Origin: Squalus acanthias
Taxonomy: Eukaryota
DNA length: 64,000 bases
Direction of reading: 5' to 3'
Assembly (NCBI GenBank): GCA_030390025.1
Contig: CM059428.1
Span: 137,950,001 to 138,014,000, forward strand
In this document: positions 10,616-22,355 of the stretch, one piece after another
Position numbering within the stretch: position 1 is the first letter of the stretch
Layout: each line of letters begins with the position of its first letter
Translations under genes and position numbers: made by a program
The notes under the pieces: model-generated
The model's input: only the letters and a program-made list of their open reading frames with translations
Database searches by the model: none
What the model was told of the DNA's origin: nothing

Positions 10616-11563
10616 ATGGCAGGACAGCCCAGCCCCGTGTTATGCTCCTCCTGCTCTATGTGGGAAATCAGGGACCCTTCCAGTGTCCCTGACGACCATG
10701 TGTGCGGGAAGTGTATCCAGCTGCAGCTACTGACAGACCGCATTGCGGCGCTGGAGCTGCGGCTGGATGCATATTGGAGCATTCGCGATGCTGAGAACCT
10801 CGTGGATAGCACGTTTAGAGAGTTGGTCACACCGCAGGTGAAGGGTGTACAGGCAGGAAGGGAATGGGTAACCACCAGGCAGAGTAGGAGGTGCAGGCAG
10901 GTAGTGCAGGGGTCCCCTGTGGCCATCCCCCTCTCAAACAGATATACCGCTTTGGATACTGTTGGGGGTGATGACTTAGGGGAAGGCAGCAGCAGCCAAC
11001 TTCCTGGCACCATGGGCGGCTCTGCTGCACAGGCTGGGAGGAAAAAGAGTGGAAGAGCTATAGTGATAGGGGACTCAATTGTAAGGGGAACAGATAGGCG
11101 TTTCTGCAGCCGCAACCGAGACTCCAGGATGGTGTGTTGCCTCCCTGGTGCAAGGATCAAGGACGTCTCGGAGCGGCTACAGAACATTTTGGAGGGGGAG
11201 GGCGAACAGCCAGCTGTCGTGGTGCACATAGGCACCAACGATATAGGTAAAAAAGGGGATGAGGTCCTAAAAGCAGAATATAGGGAGTTAGGAGGTAAAT
11301 TAAAAAATAGGACCTCAAAGGTAGTAATCTCAGGATTGCTACCAGTGCCACGTGCTAGTCAGAGTAGAAATAGGAGGATATTTCAAATGAATACGTGGCT
11401 AGAGGAATGGTGCAAGGGGGAGGGATTCAAATTCCTGGGACATTGGAACGGGTTCTGGGTGAGGTGGGACCAGTACAAACCGGACGGTCTGCACCTGGGC
11501 AGGGCCGGGACCGCTGTCCTAGGGGGAGTGTTTGCTAGTGCTGTTGGGGAGGATTTAAACTAA
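10616..11563 (+). CDS. CR1 ORF1p: zinc finger, coiled coil/leucine zipper and SGNH/GDSL esterase domain
   Basis: CSSCSMW...CGKC, LTDRIAALELRL, IGDSIVRG, HIGTND and DGLHL motifs. Intact 315 aa. Confidence 0.93.
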   Translation: MAGQPSPVLCSSCSMWEIRDPSSVPDDHVCGKCIQLQLLTDRIAALELRLDAYWSIRDAENLVDSTFRELVTPQVKGVQAGREWVTTRQSRRCRQVVQGSPVAIPLSNRYTALDTVGGDDLGEGSSSQLPGTMGGSAAQAGRKKSGRAIVIGDSIVRGTDRRFCSRNRDSRMVCCLPGARIKDVSERLQNILEGEGEQPAVVVHIGTNDIGKKGDEVLKAEYRELGGKLKNRTSKVVISGLLPVPRASQSRNRRIFQMNTWLEEWCKGEGFKFLGHWNGFWVRWDQYKPDGLHLGRAGTAVLGGVFASAVGEDLN

Positions 11564-14507
11564 TGTGGCAGGGGGTTGGGAACCTGAGCAGGGAGACAGA
11601 GGAAAGCATGTCAGGAAGGGACAGAAGGTATGGAGTAAAAGGTAAAGTGTTAAATAAGGAAAAAGCAGGAAGTAAGTGTCGCAAAACACATTTGAAAGTT
11701 CTTTATCTGAATGCACGTAGCATTCGTAACAAAATGGACGAGTTAACGGCACAAATAACTACGTATGGGTATGATCTTGTGGCCATTACAGAAACATGGC
11801 TGCAGGGTGACAACATCTGGGAATTAAATATGCCAGGGTATTTAACAATCAGGAAGGACAGGCAGGAAGGAAGGGGAGGGGGGGGGGTGGCTATGTTAAT
11901 AAAGGAAGGAATCACTGTAATACAGAGAAATGATATTGGGTCAAAAGATCAGGATAATGAAACAGTTTGGGTAGAGATAAGGAATAATAAGGGGAAAAAA
12001 ACACTGGTGGGCGTAGTATATAGGCCTCCTAATAGTTGCAACTCTGTTGGAAGAAGTATTAATCAGGAAATAGTTGGGGCATGTAATAAGGGAACAGCTA
12101 TAATTATGGGGGATTTTAACTATCATATTAACTGGACAAATCAAATTGGGCAGGGCAGCCTTGAGGAAGAGTTTATTGAGTGTCTTAGGGATGGATTTCT
12201 TGAGCAGTATGTAACTGATCCTACAAGGGGGCAAGCAACCTTGGACCTGGTACTGTGTAATGAGTCAGGATTAATTAATAATGTCCTAGTTAAGGATCCC
12301 CTTGGAATGAGTGACCATAACATGGTTGAATTCCATATCCAATTAGAGGGTGAGAAGGTTGGTTCTCAAACAAGCATACTGAGCTTGAATAAAGGAGACT
12401 ATGATGGTATGAGAGCAGAATTGATTAAAGTGGACTGGGAAAATAGATTAAAGGGTAAGACGGTACATGAGCAGTGGTGTTCATTCAAGGAGTTATTTTA
12501 CAACTTTCAAAATAAATATATTCCACTGAGGAAAAAAGGGTGTAAAAGAAATGACAGCAATCCATGGCTAAGTAAAGAAATTAAAGAAAGTATCCAACTA
12601 AAAACAAGGACATATAAGGTAGCCAAAGTTAGTGGGAGGATAGAAGATTGGGAAGTCTTCAAAAGACAACAAAAAGTAACTAAAGGATTGATTAAGAAAG
12701 GGAAAATAGACTATGAAAATAAATTAGCAAAAAATATAAAAACAGATAGCAAGAGTTTCTATAGTTATATAAAAAGAAAAAGGGTGGTTAAGGCAAACGT
12801 AGGTCCCTTAGAGGATGAGACCGGGAAATTAATGGTGGGAAACATGGAGATGGCAAAAATGCTGAACAAATATTTTGTTTCAGTCTTTACGGTAGAGGAC
12901 ACTAAGAATATCCCAACACTGGACAAACAAGGGGCTCTAGTGGGGGAGGAGCTAAATACGATTAAAATCACTAAGGAATTGGTACTCAGTAAAATAATGG
13001 GACTCAAGGCGGATAAATCCCCTGGACCTGATGGCTTACATCCTAGGGTCTTGAGGGAAGTGGCAGTAGGAATTGTGGATGCTTTGGTAATAATTTTCCA
13101 AAACTCCCTGAACTCAGCAAAGGTCCCGGCAGATTGGAAAACTGCTAATGTAACACCCTTATTTAAAAAGGGTTGTAGGCAGAAGGCTGGAAATTATAGA
13201 CCAGTTAGCCTAACATCTGTGGTGGGTAAAATTTTGGAGTCTATTATTAAGGAGACAGTAACGGAACATTTAGATAAACATAATTTAATAGGACAAAGTC
13301 AGCATGGCTTTATGAAGGGGAAGTCATGTCTGACAAATTTGCTCGAGTTCTTTGAGGACATAACGTACAGGGTGGATAAAGGGGAACCAGTGGATGTAGT
13401 GTATTTAGACTTCCAGAAGGCATTCGACAAGGTGCCACATAAAAGATTATTACTCAAGATAAAAAAATCACTGGATTGGGGGTAATATTCTGGCATGGGT
13501 GGAGGATTGGTTATCTAACAGGAAGCAGAGAGTTGGGATAAATGGTTCATTCTCGGACTGGCAACCAGTAGCCAGTGGTGTTCCGCAGGGGTCGGTGCTG
13601 GGTCCCCAACTCTTTACAATCTATATTAACGATTTGGAGGAGGGGACCGAGTGTAACATATCAAAGTTTGCAGATGATACAAAGATGGGAGGGAAAGTAG
13701 AGAGTGAGGAGGACATAAAAAACCTACAAGGGGATATAGACAGGCTGGGTGAGTGGGCAGAGATTTGGCAGATGCAATACAATATTGGAAAATGTGAGGT
13801 TATGCACTTTGGCAGGAAAAATCAGAGAGCAAGTTATTATCTTAATGGCGAGAAACTGGAAAGTACTGCAGTACAAAGGGATCTGGGGGTCTTGGTGCAA
13901 GAAAATCAAAAAGTTAGTATGCAGGTGCAGCAGGTGATCAAGAAAGCCAATGGAATGTTGGCTTTTATTGCTAGGGGGATAGAATATAAAAACAGGGAGG
14001 TATTGCTGCAGTTGTATAGGGTATTGGTGAGACCGCACCTGGAGTACTGCATACAGTTTTGGTGTCCATACTTAAGAAAAGACATACTTGCTCTCGAGGC
14101 AGTACAAAGAAGGTTCACTTCGGTTAATTCCGGGGATGAGGGGGTGGACATACGAGGAGAGGTTGAGTAGATTGGGACTCTACTCATTGGAGTTCAGAAG
14201 AATGAGAGGCGATCTTATTGAAACATATAAGATTGTGAAGGGGCTTGATCGGGTGGACGCGGTGAGGATGTTCCCAATGATGGGTGAAACTAGAACTAGG
14301 GGACATAATCTTAGAATAAGGGGCTGCTCTTTCAAAACTGAGATGAGGAGAAACTTTTTCACTCAGAGGGTAGTGGGTCTGTGGAATTTGCTACCCCAGG
14401 AAGCTGTGGAAGCTACTTCATTAAATAAATTTAAAACAGAAATAGACCGTTTCCTAGAAGTAAAGGGAATCAGGGGTTACGGGGAGCGGGCTGGAAATTG
14501 GACATGA
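11563..14507 (+). pseudogene. CR1 ORF2p (APE endonuclease plus reverse transcriptase), broken by two single-base insertions
   Basis: YLNARSIRNK, ITETWL, MGDFN, SDHN; NYRPVSLTS, QHGF, YLDFQKAFDKV, GVPQGSVLGP, FADD. Frameshifts at the A7 run 13461-13467 and TT at 14119-14120. The start overlaps the ORF1 stop (TAATG). Confidence 0.93.
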
Positions 14508-14699
14508 GTTTGAGTTCGGATCGGTCAAGGCCCTGTGGGTGGCGGAGCGGGCCCAGGGGCCGAGTGGCCTGGTCCTGCTCCTACTTCTTGTGTTCTTTAG
14601 AGTTGAGGTTGGATCAGATCAGCCATGATCTCATTGAATGGCGGAGCAGGCTCGAGGGGCCGATTGGTCTACTCCTGCTCCTATTTCTTATGTTCTTAT

Positions 14700-15370
14700 A
14701 AGCAACTAATGGGAGGTGGAAGCTCCATGAACATCCCTATCCTCAGTGATAGCAGAGCTCAGCATATGAATGCAAAAGCATTGAGTGGATGATTCTTCTC
14801 GGCCTCCTCCTGAGGTCCCACCATTTAAGAGGCCAGTCTTCAGCCAATTTGATTCACTACATGTGACATCAAATATGGCTAAGTGAAGTGGACACAACAA
14901 AGGCTACAGGCCCCAACAACATTCCAGCTGTAGTGATGAAAACCTGTGCTCCAGAACTAGCCACACTTCTAGCCAGGCTAATCCAATACAGCTACAGCAC
15001 CGGCATCTACCCGACAATGTAGAAAATTGCCCAGGTATGTCCTGTCCACAAAAAGCAGGGCAAACCCAACCCAGCTAATTATCAGCAAAGTGATGGAAGG
15101 AGTCATTAACAGTGCTATCAAGCAGCATTTACTCTCCATTAACCTGCTCACCGATGCTCAGTTTAGGTTCCACCAGGACCACTTGGCTCTAGACCTCATT
15201 AAAGCTTTGGTCCAAATATAATTCCAGAGGTGAGGTGAGAGTGACTACCTTTGACATCAAGGCAGCATTCAATCATGTGTGGCACCAAGGAGTCCAAGTA
15301 AAACTGAAGTCAATGGGAATCAGGGGGAAAACTCTCCAGTGCCTGGAATCATACCTGGCTGGCACAAAGG
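14700..15370 (+). mobile_element. Continuation of the old LINE at 8384-9649 (degraded RT N-terminal region)
   Basis: Reads KATGPNNIPAVVMKTCAPELA, IISKVMEGVINSAIKQHL and FDIKAAFNHVWH. Interrupted by an antisense CR1 at 15376. Confidence 0.85.
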
Positions 15371-16255
15371 GTTTAATAAGAACATAAGAAATAAGAGCAG
15401 GAGTAGGCCATACGGTCCCTCGAGCCTGCTCCACCATTCAATAAGATCATGGCTGATCATCGACCTCAACTCCACTTTCCCGCCTTATCTCCGTATCCCT
15501 TGATTCCCCTAGAGTCCAAAAATATATCTATCTCAGCATTGAATATACTCAAAGACTCAGCATTCACAGCCCTCTGGGGCAGAGAATTCCAAAGATTCAC
15601 AATCCTCTGAGTGAAGAAATTCCTCCTCATCTCAGTCTTAAATAGCCTACCCCTTATCCTGAGACTATGCCCCCTAGTTCTAGACACTCCAGCCAGCGGA
15701 AACAACCTCTCAGCATCTACGCTGTCAATCCCCTTCAGAATCTTGTATGTTTCAATGAGATCACCTCTCATTCTTCAAAACTCCAGAGAGGAGACACCCA
15801 TTCTACACAATCTCGCATCATAGGCCAGCCCTCTCATCCCAGGAATCAATCCAGCGAACCTTCGTTGTACCGCCTCCAAGGCAAGTATATCCTTCCTTAG
15901 ATAAGGAGACCAAAACTGTGCACAGTACTCCAGGTGTGGTCTCGCCAAGGCCCTGTACAATTGTAGCAAGACTTCCTTACTCTTATACTCCAACCCCCTT
16001 GCAATAAAGGCCAACATGCCATTTGCCTTCCTCATTGCTTGCTGCACCTGCATGCTAGCTTTCTGTGTTTCTTGCACAAGGACACCCAAATCTCTCTGAA
16101 CACCAACATTCGAAACTTTCTCACCATTTAAAAAATATTCTGTTTTTCTATTCTTCCTATCAAAGTGAATAACCTCACATTTCCCTACATTATACTCCAT
16201 CTGCCACCTTACTGCCCACTCATTTAGTCTATCTATATCCCTTTGCAGACTATTT

Positions 16256-16672
16256 GGGGGGAATTTTGCCAGTGCTCAGGGGGTGGCTTTGGAGGCGGGA
16301 CTGCTGGCAAAATTGCATAGATTGACAGCGGGTCCCGAACCCGCTGTCAACCCACCTCCATACAATCTTCCCAAGTGTCGGGTCCCCGATTTGCGCAGGG
16401 ATCCGACATCTCAATGCTGTTAAACACTGAAAAATCATCTGTCAGAAAAAATGAGCGTGGCCCCTTTAAGAAAACCGGCAGATGATGCATCATCAACGGA
16501 CGTCATCTGACACCGGCTTACTGTTAGTTGGCCGGCAAGCCCGCAGGGCGGGCTTTAGAAAACCAATTGACATAAAATTACGTCTGTGCATCGGGCGTCG
16601 TTGGGGGCGGGATCGGAACCTGCAAGTTAGCTGACCCGCTCCCAACTCGCACCGAGAGGTAAGATCGCACCC
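16256..16672. mobile_element. MITE with imperfect TIRs and a 3-bp TSD (PIF/Harbinger-like)
   Basis: Interrupts the CR1 RT. TTT is duplicated at 16253-16255 and 16673-16675. Ends are GGGGGGAATTTTGCC and GGTAAGATCGCACCC (10/15 match). Internal 12-bp hairpin at 16322-16350. Confidence 0.75.
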
Positions 16673-16903
16673 TTTCTGTTCTCCTCACAGCTTACTGTCC
16701 CACCTAGCTTTGTAGCATCAGAAAACTTGGATACATTACACTCGGTCCCTTCATCTAGGTCATTAATATAGATTGTGAATAGCTGAGGCCCCAACACTGA
16801 TCCTTGTGGCACCCCACGAGTTACAGCCTGCCAACCTGAAAAAGATCCGTTTATCCCTACTCTCTGTTTTCTCTGTTAACCAATCCCCTATCCATGCTAC
16901 AAT

Positions 16904-17856
16904 GGCCCAGAAATTCCGTTCGCAGCCCTCCCGCGGGCGGAGGGCTGCGATTTGGAAAAATCTGCGCCTGGACCGGAGGGCTCCTGGGAGGCGCAGAATT
17001 CCGTTGCTGTGCCTTTTTAAACTGCCGGTGTGCAGTGCTTGCGTATCCCAGGGGCACAGCTAGTTCGCAGCGTCCCTGGGATCACATGGGCCATGGAGAG
17101 CCAATCAGAGCAGGGAATCTCCATTCATAGATTTGACAAAAATGAGAAGTCGCACAACACCAGGTTATAGTCCAACAGTTTTATTTGAAATCACGAGCTT
17201 TCGGAGCGCTGCTCCTTCGTCAGCGCTCCAAAAGCTCGTGATTTCAAATAAAACTGTTGGACTATAACCTGGTGTTGTGCGACTTCTCATTTTTGTCCAC
17301 CCCAGTCCAACACCGGCATCTCCGCATCATAGACAGGAAGACCTGTCAAATCTATGAATAGAGATCAGCCCCAAAACATAAGTAAAACTTCAAATAAAAA
17401 TTTTTTTTTTTAAATCATATTTTTAAAATTACTATAAATTACATAAATTAACTATTTTAAACAAAAATTTAATTTTTTTTAAAAAATTAAAGTTTTTAAC
17501 AGGGCTAAAAATAAACTTACCTTTCTTTAAAGTATTTTAAAATGATAAATCAGTGGGAATTTTTTTTTTTTACTTTCTTAAACTATTAGCCTGCTAAAAG
17601 CAGGCCTTGCGCTGCTTTTCTAGGCGCAGCTGTTCCCGACTTACCTGGACTCAAGCCAGTGTGAAAAAAACGGAAGTTTCTAACGTACGCGCTGCCTATC
17701 CGGCGCAGGCGTTTGACCTGGGAAGCCCTTTCTGCAGAGAACGGAAGTGCCGGTTTCTAGCGCATGCGCAGTGCATGCTTAAAACCAGCACTTCCATTGG
17801 CCCTACGGGTGAGTACACAGCACGTACACACCCGTAGGAAACGGAATTTCTAGGCC
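16904..17856. mobile_element. MITE with 17-bp TIRs and a 3-bp TSD (PIF/Harbinger-like)
   Basis: GGCCCAGAAATTCCGTT (16904-16920) vs AACGGAATTTCTAGGCC (17840-17856), 16/17 match. Flanked by AAT and TAT. CR1 sequence is contiguous across the insertion. Confidence 0.88.
17135..17330. mobile_element. Penelope pseudo-LTR end in inverted arrangement (77-bp hairpin)
   Basis: 17135-17211 is the reverse complement of 17221-17297 with 1 mismatch. Sequence matches 4321-4410. GACA is duplicated at 17135-17138 and 17332-17335. Confidence 0.9.
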
Positions 17857-20343
17857 TATATTACCCCCAACCCCATGAGCCCTAATCTTGTGTAATAACC
17901 TTTTATGTGGCACCTTATCGAATGCCTTTTGGAAATCCAAATATACTACATCTACTGGTTCCTCTTTATTCCTGACAATTTAAAAAAAAATTCATTCTCA
18001 GGATTTGTACATCACTTACAAAAAAGGTAAATTAATGCTTTGGGTAGAGGCAGTCCTCAAAACTGTTATACACGGGCATGGGACCCTATTTATACACATT
18101 TGTGCATTGTTCTCCACACCGCTCTCTATTTTGGTCAGTACATCGCATTTTTTGATTCCTTTGTGGGAATTCTTAGCTATATGAGATGAATTGGATGCAG
18201 CCTTCAGTTGGAGCAGCAAAATGTAATTCTTCAGTTGTTAGAAGCTTTTTAATGGCGTCCTTTTGTTGTGGGAGATTTATGAGTTGAAGAAGACTTCACA
18301 GATTTTGCAACATCTGGAATGTTTTGATAGCTGTCCAGTGCAATTAAATGTTCACAGTATAATTCAATTTGAGATCAGTGGGTTGTATTTTTCACATACT
18401 CACGGTATCATTTTTATTCTTACTGCTGTGAAATACTATTGGGAGGGACTGTAGACATAACAGCAACATTTTTTGTTTAGACCATGAGTGTTGATGACAT
18501 CAGTGGTGGACTACTAGCTTAAAGGAATTACTGTGAATTAACATGCAAAGTTGAAATAGCAGTCTCTGACTTACTATGCTGACATTAATTCAGTCCCTTC
18601 ATACCATCAGATTCAATTGTTTATCCAAGACAGTTTCTCCTGCTGATGTAATCAGCACTGTTTAAACATAAATATTCAAAGGCCTTCGTAGAAAGATATA
18701 AAAAGCATATTAAAGTTAATTGTAAATCTTTGTGACTGTTGTTCTATTTTTAAAGGAAGTGTTGACAGTGAAACTCAGTTATACAAAACAAGTTTACTTT
18801 TTCATGTTGACTGATTTAAATATCTTTTCATTCTTGTTATAAAAATGATAGTTCAACATAGATAGAAGCTGTGAAAAAACAGCTAATGTAATGTATTAAA
18901 TTGATTGTAATTATACTATAGTGGTTTTTTTTTAATATCTTAAACTGCCTGCACAATCATCAATTCAAATCCCATCAGCAATTGCTCAAGGGCTATAATT
19001 ATAAGCAGTGTGATGCACATTTCATGCTTAGCCTATTCATGTGTATATATTTTCAAATGTAAGAATAGTTTAAATATGAAAATAAGTAACCCAATCACTG
19101 TAGTTATATACGCCTACAACACATAGTGGTATCTACTCAGTTTAAGCAGCTCTCAGATATGTAACTTATAGGGGAAAAACCTGACAGTCTGTCAGTGGGA
19201 TCACATGGATGCCTTCTTGATCCTAACTACTAATCTACAAAGCAGCATATGGGTCAGAATTAAATAGTCTTTTAGGCATGGATGACATAGATGCAGGATG
19301 CTGCTGCAGTAATGGTGATAGATATCAAAGAGATTGGAAATTAACGGAATAGAAACGCAATTGCTGAAATACAAGGTGCAATGAACGCGTTACATTGTAT
19401 ATTAAATGCAATTACATATACCTTATGGGCTGAAATTTTGGGATTTAGACAAAGTGCCATAAAATCATCTGAATGCTGTTTAGTTTCTTTGTGTATTAAT
19501 AACAGCATGTAAAAATAAGTATTGACAAAAAGTAGCTTAATGCTTTTTACAGCAACGGGAACTTAGTACAATAAAACACAAAGTGATTTAGAGAAGGGTT
19601 ACATATAGACGAATATATAATGACAGCAGTAGTAGTAAAAGTTGGTACGGTGCAACTGCAAACTGAGGTGCGGCTGATCGGTAAAGTTTGCGAGCAGAGA
19701 ACAGCAGCACCTGTATAAAGGCGTTACATCTTAGAATGGTACGTGTATTAGAAATCAGACTACATCAGACTTAAAAATTACAGAGAAGATTATGGTTTTG
19801 ATAATGATCAAATATACATTAATATGAATATTTAAATAGTAATGCTGAGATTTGACGAGCGGACGTGTTAAACCCTTCATCTTAAATTCCAAGAAACTGC
19901 TTTGATTTGCTCTTCCCTTTCAGATGGATGCTTCAAAGAATGCACACAACAAAGATCGGAATGTAATGAAAATCGGCGACTCGAAATTGTTGGGGGTAAA
20001 ACTGCACTGGAGGGAAAATGCATCTTCTGTCATAGCTCACGTGGACAATAAATATATCTGACAAACGTACAAGATTATCTAAAGTACACACAACAGAAAG
20101 AAAATGTACTAAAATGCCGCGTATCCTTTAGCTGTTAACTAGTACGGTTCATGCAGCATTTGTGCATGTTGCATGTACAAGCTGCATTTCGACAATGCAT
20201 CAAACAAGGCAGTTAAAGGGCTCGAGTTACAATTTTTCAGGAGGGGGGTGATTATCGCATTTCATATCAGCTGGGTCATTTATTTACTTTTACCGTCGAT
20301 AATATTTATATGTTTACTTTCGAATGTTTAATGTATTGACTGC

Positions 20344-20403
20344 GAAGCGCGTTGGGGTCTCGAGGACACGAAAGGCGCTATACAAGTGAAAGGTCTTCGT
20401 CCT
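20344..20403 (+). mobile_element. SINE/L2 3' tail remnant
   Basis: AAGCGCGTTGGGG...GAAAGGCGCTATACAAGTGAAAG resembles 5503-5564. Confidence 0.55.
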
Positions 20404-22239
20404 TTGCCAACTTTATGCCTCCTGAAATAGGAACGTTCTTGCTATAAAGTATGCTTTTAATATAGAATTTCTCAGCGTGATCTAATTTAGCCTGGAGGCA
20501 CTACTTGTGTGATACTGTGATCTAATGTGTCAAACAGTTGCTGCCAATAAATCTCGGTAATGTGTCTAGCTAGTGATTTTGTATGCTCAGTAAAATACTG
20601 TCTCACGAAATATCTGATCTGTCAAAGCACCCCTTACTGTATAATTATGTTCACAGTTTGAAATGAAATAATTAAATAAACTAGAAATAAGATGCCTAAC
20701 AGTCAATATCTGCTTAAGTTTCTCAGTCGGTGTGTTCTAAATGATTTAAACCTGTGAAGATTTGTACGCTCTTCCTCTCAAATAATTAAATTCTTAGGAT
20801 ATAAGGGATGAAGACGTCTTAATTTTTGTACTATTTGTGTACTAGTTCCAATTAGTTTCGTCGCCATAACCCCATAAATGCTGAACAATTTAAGTGATCT
20901 GTAATCAATATCCCACGGCCTCTTCGATGGTACCTGAATGGGAGTGTTCGCCAAATCACGTCCTCCCCTATCAGAATGTTAAAATATGCAACTGGAATGC
21001 CAAGTCTCAAGGGAGTTAATTACCGGAAATGCTGTCTGGGAGGTGAAAAGTGTGGCATGTTGAAGCACTCTTCATGCTGCATTTCACTGATTCCGTTTGC
21101 TGCCCATGGCGTGAGACACTTTTAATACTGTAGTCCTCTGTTAAAGTTAACTTCTTATACACTGCGAAGACTAGTAGTTTAGATTGATGGTAGACGGACA
21201 GAGACAAGGTGGATATACACACACACACACACACACACGTGTTTTCCCTCGCACTCGCAAACACATAAACGCACATGGTGAACTGGAAGTCCTTGGATTT
21301 ATATGTGGATTGAGATTAATTGACTTTTCCGGATGGCTGTTTTGCAACGAAAAAGCAGCTTTCTTCAATATATAAATTGCACCCTTTCACTTCTATGTAT
21401 ATAGAATGTATGTATAAATCTAGTTTTCTTTTCCCACCTGAATAATAGTTTGCAGTTGCTTGGGTGCCTGGGTGCAGTTGTCAAGCCATTGCGAAATTAA
21501 TCTTCAGGTAAATGGAGGGATCACAAGATGTGCACTCTAGCCGGAAAGCGTCCTATCGAAAAGATAAAAGGGATTTGAAATAAATTGAACGCTTAGGAAG
21601 CATAAACAGGAGACCATGCTCCAGAAATTCAGGAAAAAAGAAACGTGATTTTTTTTAAACTCTTGCTTTTATTTCTTTGACTGTTCGTGAAGCTCTTGTA
21701 AGTATTCAATCAGTTCATTTGTTAAACTTGTATTGAGTAGCTCAGAATATTAATCAACTAATATTCAATTAGCAAATAACATCACGATTACGTAGAAGTA
21801 TATTTGATAATCTGTGGTATTTAATTGTAAAAATGAAGACTTAAGAAATATATATTTATATTAGAATGTGATCGAAAGCGTTATTATTTATAGTCATCTA
21901 TCTGCAACTAAAATACGCCATCATTTTCTCTGTTCAGGTGATAGCTGAAGCTAAGGAAAAATAATTGGAAAAATCTCACACAACCCATGGAGTAAACTAG
22001 AGCCGAGCCTTGGCTTTAAACTTTCTAAATGTAATGTCCTATGCTTTATCTTAACATCTCCCCTATTATTAATAGTCAGCCAATTACGTGTTTGAATGTC
22101 ATCACAGAAAATATTAGAATTTAACTACCATCAACGCGATGTAGATTGTTTTTGTTTCGATGTAGTAACAGTGTAGTCTTTAATGACGAATAAACACCAA
22201 ATTACTGTTTTAGACCAGACTTTGATTTCGAAGAGAGAC

Positions 22240-22355
22240 CGCAAGTGCTGGAAATCTTGCATTAAAAAGAGAACAGGAAATATTGGAAATGCACCTTCAG
22301 CACCTGAAAGAAAAGTACAGGTTAAGGTTTGGAGTGTGACCCTTCCTCAGAACTC
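22240..22355. mobile_element. Decayed Penelope-derived short repeat
   Basis: TGCTGGAAATC...GGTTAAGGTTTGGAGTGTGACCCTTCCTCAGAACT. The reverse complement carries a degenerate CTGAnGA...AAAC hammerhead-like core. Confidence 0.5.

Larger units (their letters stand above)
9650..14699 (+). mobile_element. Full-length young CR1 LINE inserted in an older LINE
   Basis: 966-nt repeat-containing 5' UTR, intact ORF1, ORF2 with only two +1 frameshifts, and a 3' UTR ending ATTTCTTATGTTCTTAT. Confidence 0.96.
15376..17970 (-). mobile_element. 5'-truncated CR1 LINE interrupted by two MITEs
   Basis: Tail ATAAGAACATAAGAA at 15376. Minus-strand RT frames at 15466-15771, 15775-16200 and 16676-16900 (PQGSVLGPQLF), and 17857-17970 (VYLDFQKAFDKVPH). 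Confidence 0.93.
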
